This document shows, piece by piece, positions 7,866 to 16,397 of a stretch of DNA of 20,000 nt (its first letter is position 1; every line of letters starts with the position of its first letter). The DNA lies in the NCBI GenBank assembly GCA_018649885.1, contig JABIHA010000056.1, positions 46,108-66,107 on the forward strand, in the 5' to 3' direction. The stretch comes from Bacteriovoracaceae bacterium. Lineage in GTDB: Bacteria; Bdellovibrionota; Bacteriovoracia; Bacteriovoracales; Bacteriovoracaceae. Both the position numbers and the translations under genes were made by a program. The notes under the pieces were generated by a model. The model had not been told where the DNA came from and made no database searches. It saw only the letters and a program-made list of their open reading frames with translations.

Positions 7866-10235
7866 ATGTCTAATTTAAAGAGATTGAATGTGCTGGCTCT
7901 TTTAATGTTTTTCATTATTCAAAGCTCTTACTCAGCAATCGTTGTTCCGCTGAAGCAAGCTGACAAGCTTTTTGAGTCATTTGGTGTTCAAGTAGATTAC
8001 GATACGGAATCTTTTAATAATCTGATGACATATTCTCGTGAAACATTACAAAAAAACATTGCTTCAATAGATACTCTTAAGGAGAAAAAATCAGACCTGA
8101 AGAAGACGCTAGCAGAGTCTAAGGATAAGAAAAAGAAAGAAAGAAAAGCTCTCGGTCTTAAGAAGCCGAAGAAATTAAAATCTAAAATTGATGATGTTGA
8201 AGATAAGATTGATGAACTGGTACTAGCAAATAAATTTCTGATCTATGCAGGTTCACTGCTGGCAGAGGCAAAAGACTCTGATGAAGAACTTGAAATGGAA
8301 AAATCATTTTACTTGGCCAAAAGAATGATTTATGGCCTGGTTGTTGAAGATCTAAAAAATCCACTAATATTCTTTTCTGTAATATGGAAACTCTTTCACC
8401 AATTTAGCACGAAGGTTGATTATATAGCTCCAGAAGATGTTGATAGAAAAATTAATTTGAAGCAAGCTAAAAAAGAAGCTCGCTCCCTTTATGATTCAAA
8501 AACGGGGAAACTACTAAGAAAAGAAGAGCTTGCTAATTTAAGCTACAATGAAATTGCTGATTTAGATGTATTCCCAAATCATCCTACTTGGAGAACAAAA
8601 CAGGAAATGGCCAGCTTAAATGGCGGCAATGCCTACGATGGACTTGTAAGTTGGACTGAACAAAGTGCTAATAAGCAATTGGCCTTAGAGAGTAAGAAAA
8701 AATGTAGAGATTTTAAAAACAAATCCAATAACAAGAATATCGAATGTCCGCTCGCTAGTTATACTCCAGACTACACTCTTGAGGCTGCAAGGAAAGTTCT
8801 TTTCTTTACCAAAGTGAAAGATAACGATACTAACCCTAAGATTAGTACCAAAGATGCTTACGGTATGAAATGGAAGGTGAAGTGGGGATCTGAAACGCAA
8901 TCAGAAACGGTTGCTGGACGAATCTATCTTCAACTAGGTGCTCGTTATACAGACCCTCTATATGTTGCAAGACATAACGATGGATCAATGCTTACTCTGG
9001 TCTTAGACAAGAAAGACAAGGAAAGTAAAAAATTAGAAATTACTGGTAAATCTAAACATCATAAAAAAGAGTGTCGCGAAATCTACACTTACGACCACTT
9101 TAGAAAGTGCTTAATGTCATCAATTTATAAATTTAAAGTTGATGGATATGTGAAAGATCATGGAGTGATCACCGAAGAAAATGCCGAAGAGATATTAAAA
9201 GATCTTCCGCGAAATACTTTGAAACAAAAATACCAACTTAAAGATGCTATTGGCAGAGAGTATGTAACTTTCATTGAAACCTCTGTGGAATTTAGAGGCT
9301 CAAAAAAGGGTCTTGATAAAAGTGGAGCTGAAGCCTATTCATCAATGGGCGTAACAGACGATAGAGCTGGTAGAGCAACAGGACTATATAACTTATATGT
9401 TTGGAATATTGATGTACGAGATCAAAATAATTCAGCTTTTCTCTTCCATGACTATCAAGGAAATAGAGATCTTTATGTTGGAATTACAACTGATTTAGGT
9501 GCCACAAATGGTGGGGCCCTAACATCAGCAAAACTCAATAAATTTACAGTTGGAGAAGACTTCGTAAAAATAAAAAGGCGTACAAAAAAAGTTGAAGGAG
9601 TCCAGCACTATAAATTGAAATTCAAACAGTTTATCCTCTATAGACCAGATGCGTGGGTAAAATCAACTCACTCTGACTTATTATGGATGGCCAAAAAAAT
9701 CGCAAGATTATCCAATGAAGATATTGAATACGCAGTTAGTATCTCTCGCTGGCCAGATTTCATGCAAGAGATGTACAGATATAAATTAGAGGCAAGAAGA
9801 AATAGGATTGCTGAGCTATATGGACAAGAAGTATTACTTAGTAAAGTTAGTGGTCTTCTAAGAATGAATCCAGTACTAGAAGCGCCTGCTCCTTTTGAAG
9901 TCGATCTTTCTACAGCAGCTCAAAGAAGAGCAGTTGAAAGAAAATATGATTTGCCTACTAATTCCATTGATCATGCTATGGTTAAAGGTAAGATAATCGA
10001 TCAACAGATGAATCCACTAAAGAAGAAGTATAGAGACCAAGATGGAAACTTAAAGTTCATTGATGTATTGACTGCTGATGGAGATATTAGCAAGTGTCAA
10101 AAAACAGTACTCATTGGATTACTTGAGAAAGTACACTTCATTTCAGGTCTTGAAAGAAGAACTTCTAGGTTTACTGACTTTAAAAATTTAAAAGAATGTT
10201 ATTTTGGGCACAGACCAATGGCACTAGTTGATTAA
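7866..10235 (+). CDS. Secreted protein (789 aa) with an atypical kinase-like core; paralog of the upstream gene
   Basis: Sec signal ending SSYS-A, SD AAGGA, N-terminal Lys-rich coiled coil. Motifs DTNPK, KWKVKWG (K339), ETQSE (E347), NIDVRDQN (D516/N521), TDLG (D543), then DLLWMAKKIARLS...LEARRNRI. Six Cys in three local pairs. Confidence 0.72.
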   Translation: MSNLKRLNVLALLMFFIIQSSYSAIVVPLKQADKLFESFGVQVDYDTESFNNLMTYSRETLQKNIASIDTLKEKKSDLKKTLAESKDKKKKERKALGLKKPKKLKSKIDDVEDKIDELVLANKFLIYAGSLLAEAKDSDEELEMEKSFYLAKRMIYGLVVEDLKNPLIFFSVIWKLFHQFSTKVDYIAPEDVDRKINLKQAKKEARSLYDSKTGKLLRKEELANLSYNEIADLDVFPNHPTWRTKQEMASLNGGNAYDGLVSWTEQSANKQLALESKKKCRDFKNKSNNKNIECPLASYTPDYTLEAARKVLFFTKVKDNDTNPKISTKDAYGMKWKVKWGSETQSETVAGRIYLQLGARYTDPLYVARHNDGSMLTLVLDKKDKESKKLEITGKSKHHKKECREIYTYDHFRKCLMSSIYKFKVDGYVKDHGVITEENAEEILKDLPRNTLKQKYQLKDAIGREYVTFIETSVEFRGSKKGLDKSGAEAYSSMGVTDDRAGRATGLYNLYVWNIDVRDQNNSAFLFHDYQGNRDLYVGITTDLGATNGGALTSAKLNKFTVGEDFVKIKRRTKKVEGVQHYKLKFKQFILYRPDAWVKSTHSDLLWMAKKIARLSNEDIEYAVSISRWPDFMQEMYRYKLEARRNRIAELYGQEVLLSKVSGLLRMNPVLEAPAPFEVDLSTAAQRRAVERKYDLPTNSIDHAMVKGKIIDQQMNPLKKKYRDQDGNLKFIDVLTADGDISKCQKTVLIGLLEKVHFISGLERRTSRFTDFKNLKECYFGHRPMALVD

Positions 10236-10241
10236 TTTGTG

Positions 10242-10757
10242 CTAGAAATTCTCACCGAGAACGACAAATTTATACTGCTTGTAGCCAGCTTCTGCAGCAG
10301 TATACATTAATCGTTTTAAGTAATTATATTTCAGAGTTTTATCAATTACAAAATTAATGACCCCAGAAAATGGCTTGGCCTTATCGGATCCCTTTTTAAT
10401 TCTTTTCGCCATCTCTTTCTTTCTCGTGAGCTCATTGAATAATGGAATGATCCTTCTGCCTCCGTGATCATAGGTTCTAGAGGGCAGTTTATTTAAGTCG
10501 AGTATGATTTGATCATCAACCCAAATTTTTTGAGGAGAAACCTGTACTATAACGCCTGCATTATTTGGAGCTTGTGAGGCGGATTTAGGAAGCTGGATGC
10601 CCTTGGGAACGTTGAGGATGATTCCAGAGGAGTTATAGCTATGTAAAAGAAATACAAGCATGATAACTAAGATATCGAGTAGAGACGTGATATCTAGTTC
10701 AGGCACGGCCTTTCGGCTTCTTCTCATTTTTCCAAAGCGAATGGATCTATGTCTCAA
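10242..10757 (-). CDS. exbD: ExbD/TolR family biopolymer transporter subunit (AglS-like)
   Basis: TM segment LDITSLLDILVIMLVFLL with the conserved Asp; C-terminal DK..Y..LKRLMYTAAEAGY. TTG start with AGGAG SD. Confidence 0.85.
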   Translation of the reverse strand: MRHRSIRFGKMRRSRKAVPELDITSLLDILVIMLVFLLHSYNSSGIILNVPKGIQLPKSASQAPNNAGVIVQVSPQKIWVDDQIILDLNKLPSRTYDHGGRRIIPLFNELTRKKEMAKRIKKGSDKAKPFSGVINFVIDKTLKYNYLKRLMYTAAEAGYKQYKFVVLGENF

Positions 10758-10766
10758 AAAAGACTC

Positions 10767-11294
10767 CTAACTCATTAAGTTACCAAAAATAATTTTATCA
10801 AACAGTAGCTTTAGCCTCTCTTCAATACCGCTTTTATTAACTTTATAAAGAGCATCATCTGTATTTTTCAAGGTTCTGACTGTATCCATGATTTTTACGA
10901 TTTTTTCGTATGAAATATTCACAAGAGGTTCAAGAATTACTGAATCTTCTTGAATATATCTTTTCTTCAAATTAACCAGGTAACTATGGAGAGACTCTAG
11001 GTCATATTCTCCATCCTGATTTTTGCCAAAAGATCTTCTCACAACTGAGGGAATACCTGTCATCACAACTATATTTGTGTGACTTATTTGAAGAGTTAAG
11101 GCCAGTGGCTTTTTAGCAGGGGGAGGAGACTTACTTGAAATAATGGGAACGTTACTATTTATCTCAAAAATTTTGATAAAATTAGCTGACATTAACAAGA
11201 AGAAGATAAAAATGAATACAGCATCTAAAATTGGCGTGAGGTTGAGTTTTGTATCCTCACGCTTATTTCTTCTACGACTGGGTATTCTATACAT
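10767..11294 (-). CDS. exbD: ExbD/TolR family biopolymer transporter subunit (second copy)
   Basis: LNLTPILDAVFIFIFFLL with the conserved Asp; ISYEKIVKIMDTVR motif; adjacent to exbB/tolQ. Confidence 0.85.
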   Translation of the reverse strand: MYRIPSRRRNKREDTKLNLTPILDAVFIFIFFLLMSANFIKIFEINSNVPIISSKSPPPAKKPLALTLQISHTNIVVMTGIPSVVRRSFGKNQDGEYDLESLHSYLVNLKKRYIQEDSVILEPLVNISYEKIVKIMDTVRTLKNTDDALYKVNKSGIEERLKLLFDKIIFGNLMS

Positions 11295-11315
11295 ACTATC
11301 TTCTCCCAGATCTAA

Positions 11316-11972
11316 TTATTCAGATGACTTCTTTGTTCCAAGTAAGTCTAAAAGCTTTACTGAGAACTCATCAATTTCTGCGATAATTTTATCTGACTTA
11401 CTACTTAGAAAAGTATGAATCATCATTATGGTTATGGCAGAAAAAAGTCCAAGAGCTGTGGTATTCATAGCTTTCGAAATACCTATTGCTAGAAGTTCAG
11501 CCTTTTGTGCTGGGTCAGCTTCTGCAACTGCCGAGAATGATGTAATGAGACCTTGAATCGTTCCCAGTAGTCCAAACAGTGTTGAAATATTGGCAACCAT
11601 TGAGAGGTAGTTAAGATTTCTCTCTACCTTTGGTATCACTTCAAGCGTGGTTGCATCGATTGCATTTTGAACTTGATCCTGAGATTGACCTGCTCTTTTT
11701 AATCCCGATTTTAAAACTTTCGGAAGCATCGCCACAGAACCAGAGCAAACTCTGATTGCACCTTGAATGTCGTTCGACAGAATGTAGCGTTGCAATTCAT
11801 TCATAAACGACGGTCCATCGACATCGTACTTAAATGAAAGCTTACTAAATCTTTCGAAACAAATTGCTATTCCAAAGCCCCATACTATGAGGATTACCCA
11901 CATAAATATCCCACCGCTTTGGATGAATGAAGCTAAACTATTAACGAGTGAAGTGATCTGAAACCCTTCCAT
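11316..11972 (-). CDS. MotA/TolQ/ExbB proton channel protein (AglR-like)
   Basis: Three TM helices; STLFGLLGTIQGLITSF and GISKAMNTTALGL motifs; AGGAG SD; followed by two exbD genes. Confidence 0.9.
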   Translation of the reverse strand: MEGFQITSLVNSLASFIQSGGIFMWVILIVWGFGIAICFERFSKLSFKYDVDGPSFMNELQRYILSNDIQGAIRVCSGSVAMLPKVLKSGLKRAGQSQDQVQNAIDATTLEVIPKVERNLNYLSMVANISTLFGLLGTIQGLITSFSAVAEADPAQKAELLAIGISKAMNTTALGLFSAITIMMIHTFLSSKSDKIIAEIDEFSVKLLDLLGTKKSSE

Positions 11973-12081
11973 GGATGCCGTTCTCCTGTTGAATTTTTGG
12001 GCACTTAAGATTATTTTAATGTGTGGCGGGATTTCTTACTAGCTTTTTTTATAGGAAAATGTTGCTGGAATCATTATGAAC

Positions 12082-12666
12082 TTAACTATATAACTCGGGA
12101 TAAAGATTTCTCTCTATTCCTTCTATGAAAATATGGATGCATTTAATATGAATTTCTTGGATTCTATCAGTCATCTGACTTGGGACAACAATGGCGACAT
12201 CCGCTGTAGCAGCTAGTTTCCCACCTGACTTACCTGTAAGACCAACTATTTTCATTCCCCATTTTTTTGCACTCTCACAAGCATTCAAAATATTCTGTGA
12301 ATTCCCACTGGTGGAAATGGCCAACAAAATATCTCCACTTTTTCCAAGTGCATCAACATTTCTTTGAAAGACTTGGTCAAACCCAAAATCATTGGCAACA
12401 CAACTCATATGGGCGCCATCACCCATGCCAAGAGCTGCAATTGCTGGTCTGTCTTTTCTATATCTTCCAGTGAGCTCTTCCACAAAGTGAAGAGAGTCAC
12501 ACATGGATCCACCGTTACCACAACTCAGAATTTTCCCGCCATTTTTAAGGGACTCACTCATAAGATCAATAGCACTAGCTAAGTTTAGCGCAGTATTTTT
12601 GTCACTAATAAATGTATTTAGCGTTTCACAAGACTGTTTAAGGGCTTCTTCTATAAAAGAACTCAT
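12082..12666 (-). CDS. gmhA: D-sedoheptulose 7-phosphate isomerase (SIS domain)
   Basis: CGNGGS, ISTSGNS, LTGKSGG and DRIQEIHI motifs; 194 aa. Confidence 0.92.
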   Translation of the reverse strand: MSSFIEEALKQSCETLNTFISDKNTALNLASAIDLMSESLKNGGKILSCGNGGSMCDSLHFVEELTGRYRKDRPAIAALGMGDGAHMSCVANDFGFDQVFQRNVDALGKSGDILLAISTSGNSQNILNACESAKKWGMKIVGLTGKSGGKLAATADVAIVVPSQMTDRIQEIHIKCIHIFIEGIERNLYPELYS

Positions 12667-12670
12667 CTAT

Positions 12671-12994
12671 TTAGATAAGTTCATTTATTGAAGTTAGGAT
12701 TTCGTGTTTGCCTTGATTTCCAACAAGTGTTTTTTTAACTTCTCCATCTTTAAAAAAGAGAAGAGTTGGAATTCCACGAATTCCATATTTTTGAGCAAGC
12801 TCACCATTTTCATCAACATTGATTTTTACAATTGAAGCCTTACCGTTAACTTCCCCTGCAATTTCATCAAGTAGTGGTGCAAGTGCTTTACATGGGCCAC
12901 ACCATTCTGCCCAAAAATCTACTACTACTGGGCCATTTGATCCTAGTACATCAGAATCGAAAGAATTTTGATCAACTTTTTTAACTTCACTCAT
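12671..12994 (-). CDS. trxA: Thioredoxin (107 aa)
   Basis: [12 protein letters not shown] active site and GIRGIPTL. Start reassigned to ATG 12994 (MSEVKK), which has a GGAG SD at 13001-13004. Confidence 0.96.
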   Translation of the reverse strand: MSEVKKVDQNSFDSDVLGSNGPVVVDFWAEWCGPCKALAPLLDEIAGEVNGKASIVKINVDENGELAQKYGIRGIPTLLFFKDGEVKKTLVGNQGKHEILTSINELI

Positions 12995-13139
12995 TATAAT
13001 CTCCAAATAATGCAACGCGGGAGTGCCCTCCCACAACTTAGCTGGAGCATAACATCTGAAAATAAACTAAACAAGCTCACTGTGGTGTGCTCATCGGCTA
13101 AAGGAATAATTTTCGCCACGCAAATAATAGGTATCTATC

Positions 13140-13176
13140 TGGTAATATTATACTAATGGATAAGAAATACCTTCAA
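13140..13176. promoter_or_regulatory. Overlapping divergent sigma-70 promoters (trxA-gmhA leftward; RDD-polA rightward)
   Basis: + strand: extended -10 TG-G-TAATAT (13140-13148), 7 nt before ATG 13156. Minus strand: TTGAAG (13176-13171)-N18-TATAAT (13152-13147). Confidence 0.5.
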
Positions 13177-13662
13177 GGTTCTCAAGTCAGAGTCGCAAGA
13201 TTATCGCGCATCCTGGCAAAGGGAATTGATATTTTTATAGTGCTGCTTTTGAGCATGTTCTTTTACCCGCTGGGTCTTATCGCCTCTATTGTCTACATGT
13301 GTGTTTCTGACTCTCTCCAAGGTGGTCAGTCGGTGGGGAAGAAGTTTATTGGATTTTCAGTTGTTAGTTTAAAAGATGGAACTCCCTGTTCGTTAAAACA
13401 AAGCACCATTAGAAACCTTCCTTTTATAATTCCACTGGCCTTCGGGATTATCCCCCTCTGGGGCTGGGTATTTTCAATACTTCTAGGATTGCCGCTTGTG
13501 GGCTTTGAGTTCTATATGCTCTTTAAAATAGACTCAGGACATCGTCTTGGAGATGTCATGGCCGACACCACCGTCATTGCCAATGATCCAGCATCGGCAA
13601 ACTACAAAAAGAAAAAAGACAGTTGGTTTGAAGAAGAATCATCTTCTATTGCGAGCTTATGA
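13156..13662 (+). CDS. RDD family membrane protein
   Basis: RILAKGIDIFIV, GQSVGKKFIGFSVV, IRN and RLGDVMADTTVI are RDD-family signatures. Confidence 0.9.
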   Translation: MDKKYLQGSQVRVARLSRILAKGIDIFIVLLLSMFFYPLGLIASIVYMCVSDSLQGGQSVGKKFIGFSVVSLKDGTPCSLKQSTIRNLPFIIPLAFGIIPLWGWVFSILLGLPLVGFEFYMLFKIDSGHRLGDVMADTTVIANDPASANYKKKKDSWFEEESSSIASL

Positions 13663-13706
13663 TTAATTCATTATTGTAGGCCAAGTTAAAAACCAAGGTC
13701 TACTAT

Positions 13707-16397
13707 ATGCAGCACAAACGACTCATTGTCATAGATATTTCAAATTTCATCTTTCGGGCCTTTTTTGCCATTAGACCTCTTCATGCTCCAGATGGAACTC
13801 CGGTTAATGCCGTCCAAGGTGTTTTGTCTATGCTAATGAAACTCTTTAGCGTCTATAAGCCAACTCATGTATTCATCGCAAGGGATTCAAAAGAAAAATC
13901 TTTTCGACATGAAATGTACAATGAATATAAGGCCCATAGAGATGCACCTCCCGAGGAGCTTATTCCTCAGTTTGCATTGATAGAAAAACTTATTCAGCAT
14001 CTAAGGGTGCCGGAGTTAATTTTTCCTGGTTATGAGGCTGACGATATTATTGGTTCTGCAGCTGTTCAATGGAAAGATGAATTTGACGAGGTTTATCTAG
14101 CTACAGGTGATAAAGACCTTATGCAATTTGTTGATGAAAAGGTGAAGATGCTAGACACAATGAAAGAAAAGCTTTTTGGTCCTCCAGAAGTTTTTGAAAA
14201 AATGGGAGTTCATCCCAATCAAATTGTGGATTACCTCTCTTTAGTAGGGGACTCTTCTGATAATATTCCCGGAATGAAGGGGGTCGGTGCCAAAGGTGCT
14301 GCAAAGCTTTTAGCTGAGTATGGGACTCTTGAAAAATGCATTGAAAATAAAACTGATTTTAAAAACAAAAGAGTTGTAAACGCTTTTGAAAATCATGTTG
14401 ATGATGCTCTACTGTCAAAAAAATTAGTCCAAATTGTAACTGATCTTGATTTAAAGAAAAGTAGTGATGATTTAAAATTTCATTTTTATCCACATCCAGA
14501 AGTGATCACATTTCTAAAAGATCTAGGAATGAATAGGATGGTTGAAAAGTTAGGGGATCTAGCTTTCAATGAATCTCAACTTGAAGAGGGAGAAGAGGCA
14601 CCACAGGGCCAAGACCCAGCTGCAAATTGTGATATCCAGTTAATTAACGATGATAGCTTTGATGAATTTTACGGTGAGCTTTCTGCTCAAAAAACAATTG
14701 CCTATTTTTCATATTATGACTTAGACAATGCAATGACTGCCAAGCTTGAGGCCATATCGGTTTCCTACAATGAGGGCATGGCGAGAGTTCTTCCCCTTCA
14801 GTTAGAGGAAAACAATCTGTCGGCTGATAATCGTAAGAAGCTTTTAGAGTTTATTTGGGGAAATAGTGAGCTGTGCTCTTATACCGTAAATGCAAAGTTC
14901 GATATGAAATACGCAGTTTCAAATGATCTTTCATATAACTGTGCATATGAAGATATGGGCCTTGGGCACTACGTATTTGAAAGTGGGAGTAAGCATGACA
15001 TTGCCTCAATGAGTCTTAATGTCCTGGCAGAGGTATTGCCTCAAATACCCAAAGGTCAAAATATCAATTCACTTGAGGGGAGTGGGACCAGCAATTATCT
15101 TGGACTCAGATCTCACGCCATTTTTAAATTGAAAGATGTAGTAAAAAAATCTCTTGAAGAAAATGATTTAGAAAAAGTCTACCGAGATATGGAACTTCCG
15201 CTTTCAAGAGTGTTGGGAATGATGGAGCTTCATGGTGTTGGTTTAAACTGTGACTACTTAAAAAGTTTAGAAGAGAAATTCACCGACCAGTTGATGGAGA
15301 TTACATGTCAAATTGATGAAGCTAGTGGGGGAGAGAATGTAAATTTAAATTCACCCAAACAAGTTGGAGCTCTTTTATTTGAAAAACTGGATCTTCCAAT
15401 TATCAAAAAAACTAAAACGGGGGCATCTACTGATGTAGAAGTACTAACTAAATTAGACCAGATGGGACTAAGTCCAATTCCGGGTTTAATTATGAAATTT
15501 AGAGAACTCGATAAACTAGTATCCACTTATGTTAGTGCACTTCCTAAATTAATTAATCCCAATACAAAAAAAATTCACACCCATTTTAATCAAACTGTAG
15601 CCGCCACAGGCCGACTTTCTTCCGATAGACCCAATCTACAAAATATCCCCATTAGAACCGAAAATGGACGCTTGATTAGGAAGGCCTTTGTTCCGAGCCC
15701 AGGGAATCTGCTAGTCTCAGCTGACTACTCACAAGTTGAACTGAGATTACTTGCCCACTTCTCGGAAGATCCAATAATGGTTGCTGCCTTTTTAAATGAC
15801 GAAGATATTCACGCTCAAACAGCGGCTGAAGTATTTGAGGTAGAGCTCTCCAGTGTAACTAGGGAGCAACGATCAAGTGCCAAGGGTATTAACTTTGGAC
15901 TCATGTATGGACAATCCTCATTTGGACTTGCGGGGAGTCTGGGGATCTCTAGAAGGGATGCCAAAGATTATATTACAAATTACTTTTTAAAATTCTCCCG
16001 TGTTAAGTCATATCTAGACGAACTTAAAGAAATTGCCTCAGAAAAAGGATACTCTGAAACCATGTTCGGACGAAAAAGATTTCTTCCCGATATTAATTCA
16101 AGTAATCGCACAATTAAATCCATGGCCGAAAGACTGGCAATTAACAGCCCAATTCAAGGAACGGCTGCTGATATTATAAAAGTCGCGATGATTGGTATTG
16201 ATAAGACACTTTCTGAAAAAAATATGAAATCAAAAATGATTTTACAAGTCCACGATGAACTGATTTTTGAAGTTGAGGAAAGTGAGCTCGATCTCATGCA
16301 GGCCATTATTAAAGATGGAATGGAAAATGCTGTCAAACTAAGAGTACCTCTTCGTGTAGATATGGGAATTGGCGTAAACTGGTACGACCTAAAATAG
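13707..16397 (+). CDS. polA: DNA polymerase I (5'-3' exonuclease and family A polymerase; degenerate 3'-5' exonuclease)
   Basis: FRAFFA, EADDIIG, GDKDLMQ, GDSSDNIPG (5' nuclease). TGRLSS..PNLQNIP, ADYSQVELR, AKGINFGLMYG, NSPIQGTAAD, LQVHDEL (polymerase motifs A-C). Confidence 0.98.
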   Translation: MQHKRLIVIDISNFIFRAFFAIRPLHAPDGTPVNAVQGVLSMLMKLFSVYKPTHVFIARDSKEKSFRHEMYNEYKAHRDAPPEELIPQFALIEKLIQHLRVPELIFPGYEADDIIGSAAVQWKDEFDEVYLATGDKDLMQFVDEKVKMLDTMKEKLFGPPEVFEKMGVHPNQIVDYLSLVGDSSDNIPGMKGVGAKGAAKLLAEYGTLEKCIENKTDFKNKRVVNAFENHVDDALLSKKLVQIVTDLDLKKSSDDLKFHFYPHPEVITFLKDLGMNRMVEKLGDLAFNESQLEEGEEAPQGQDPAANCDIQLINDDSFDEFYGELSAQKTIAYFSYYDLDNAMTAKLEAISVSYNEGMARVLPLQLEENNLSADNRKKLLEFIWGNSELCSYTVNAKFDMKYAVSNDLSYNCAYEDMGLGHYVFESGSKHDIASMSLNVLAEVLPQIPKGQNINSLEGSGTSNYLGLRSHAIFKLKDVVKKSLEENDLEKVYRDMELPLSRVLGMMELHGVGLNCDYLKSLEEKFTDQLMEITCQIDEASGGENVNLNSPKQVGALLFEKLDLPIIKKTKTGASTDVEVLTKLDQMGLSPIPGLIMKFRELDKLVSTYVSALPKLINPNTKKIHTHFNQTVAATGRLSSDRPNLQNIPIRTENGRLIRKAFVPSPGNLLVSADYSQVELRLLAHFSEDPIMVAAFLNDEDIHAQTAAEVFEVELSSVTREQRSSAKGINFGLMYGQSSFGLAGSLGISRRDAKDYITNYFLKFSRVKSYLDELKEIASEKGYSETMFGRKRFLPDINSSNRTIKSMAERLAINSPIQGTAADIIKVAMIGIDKTLSEKNMKSKMILQVHDELIFEVEESELDLMQAIIKDGMENAVKLRVPLRVDMGIGVNWYDLK

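Noticed and set aside
3572..10235. HipBA toxin-antitoxin or prophage/IS interpretation of the kinase block
   Set aside because: No HTH antitoxin, integrase, transposase or phage gene is present, and both proteins have signal peptides, unlike cytoplasmic HipA.
12995..13036. 14-aa N-terminal extension of thioredoxin in the ORF track
   Set aside because: ATG 12994 has a GGAG SD and gives a canonical 107-aa TrxA.
590..16336. Short 60-105 aa ORFs overlapping the larger genes
   Set aside because: All overlap well-supported genes on the opposite strand and show no recognisable motifs.
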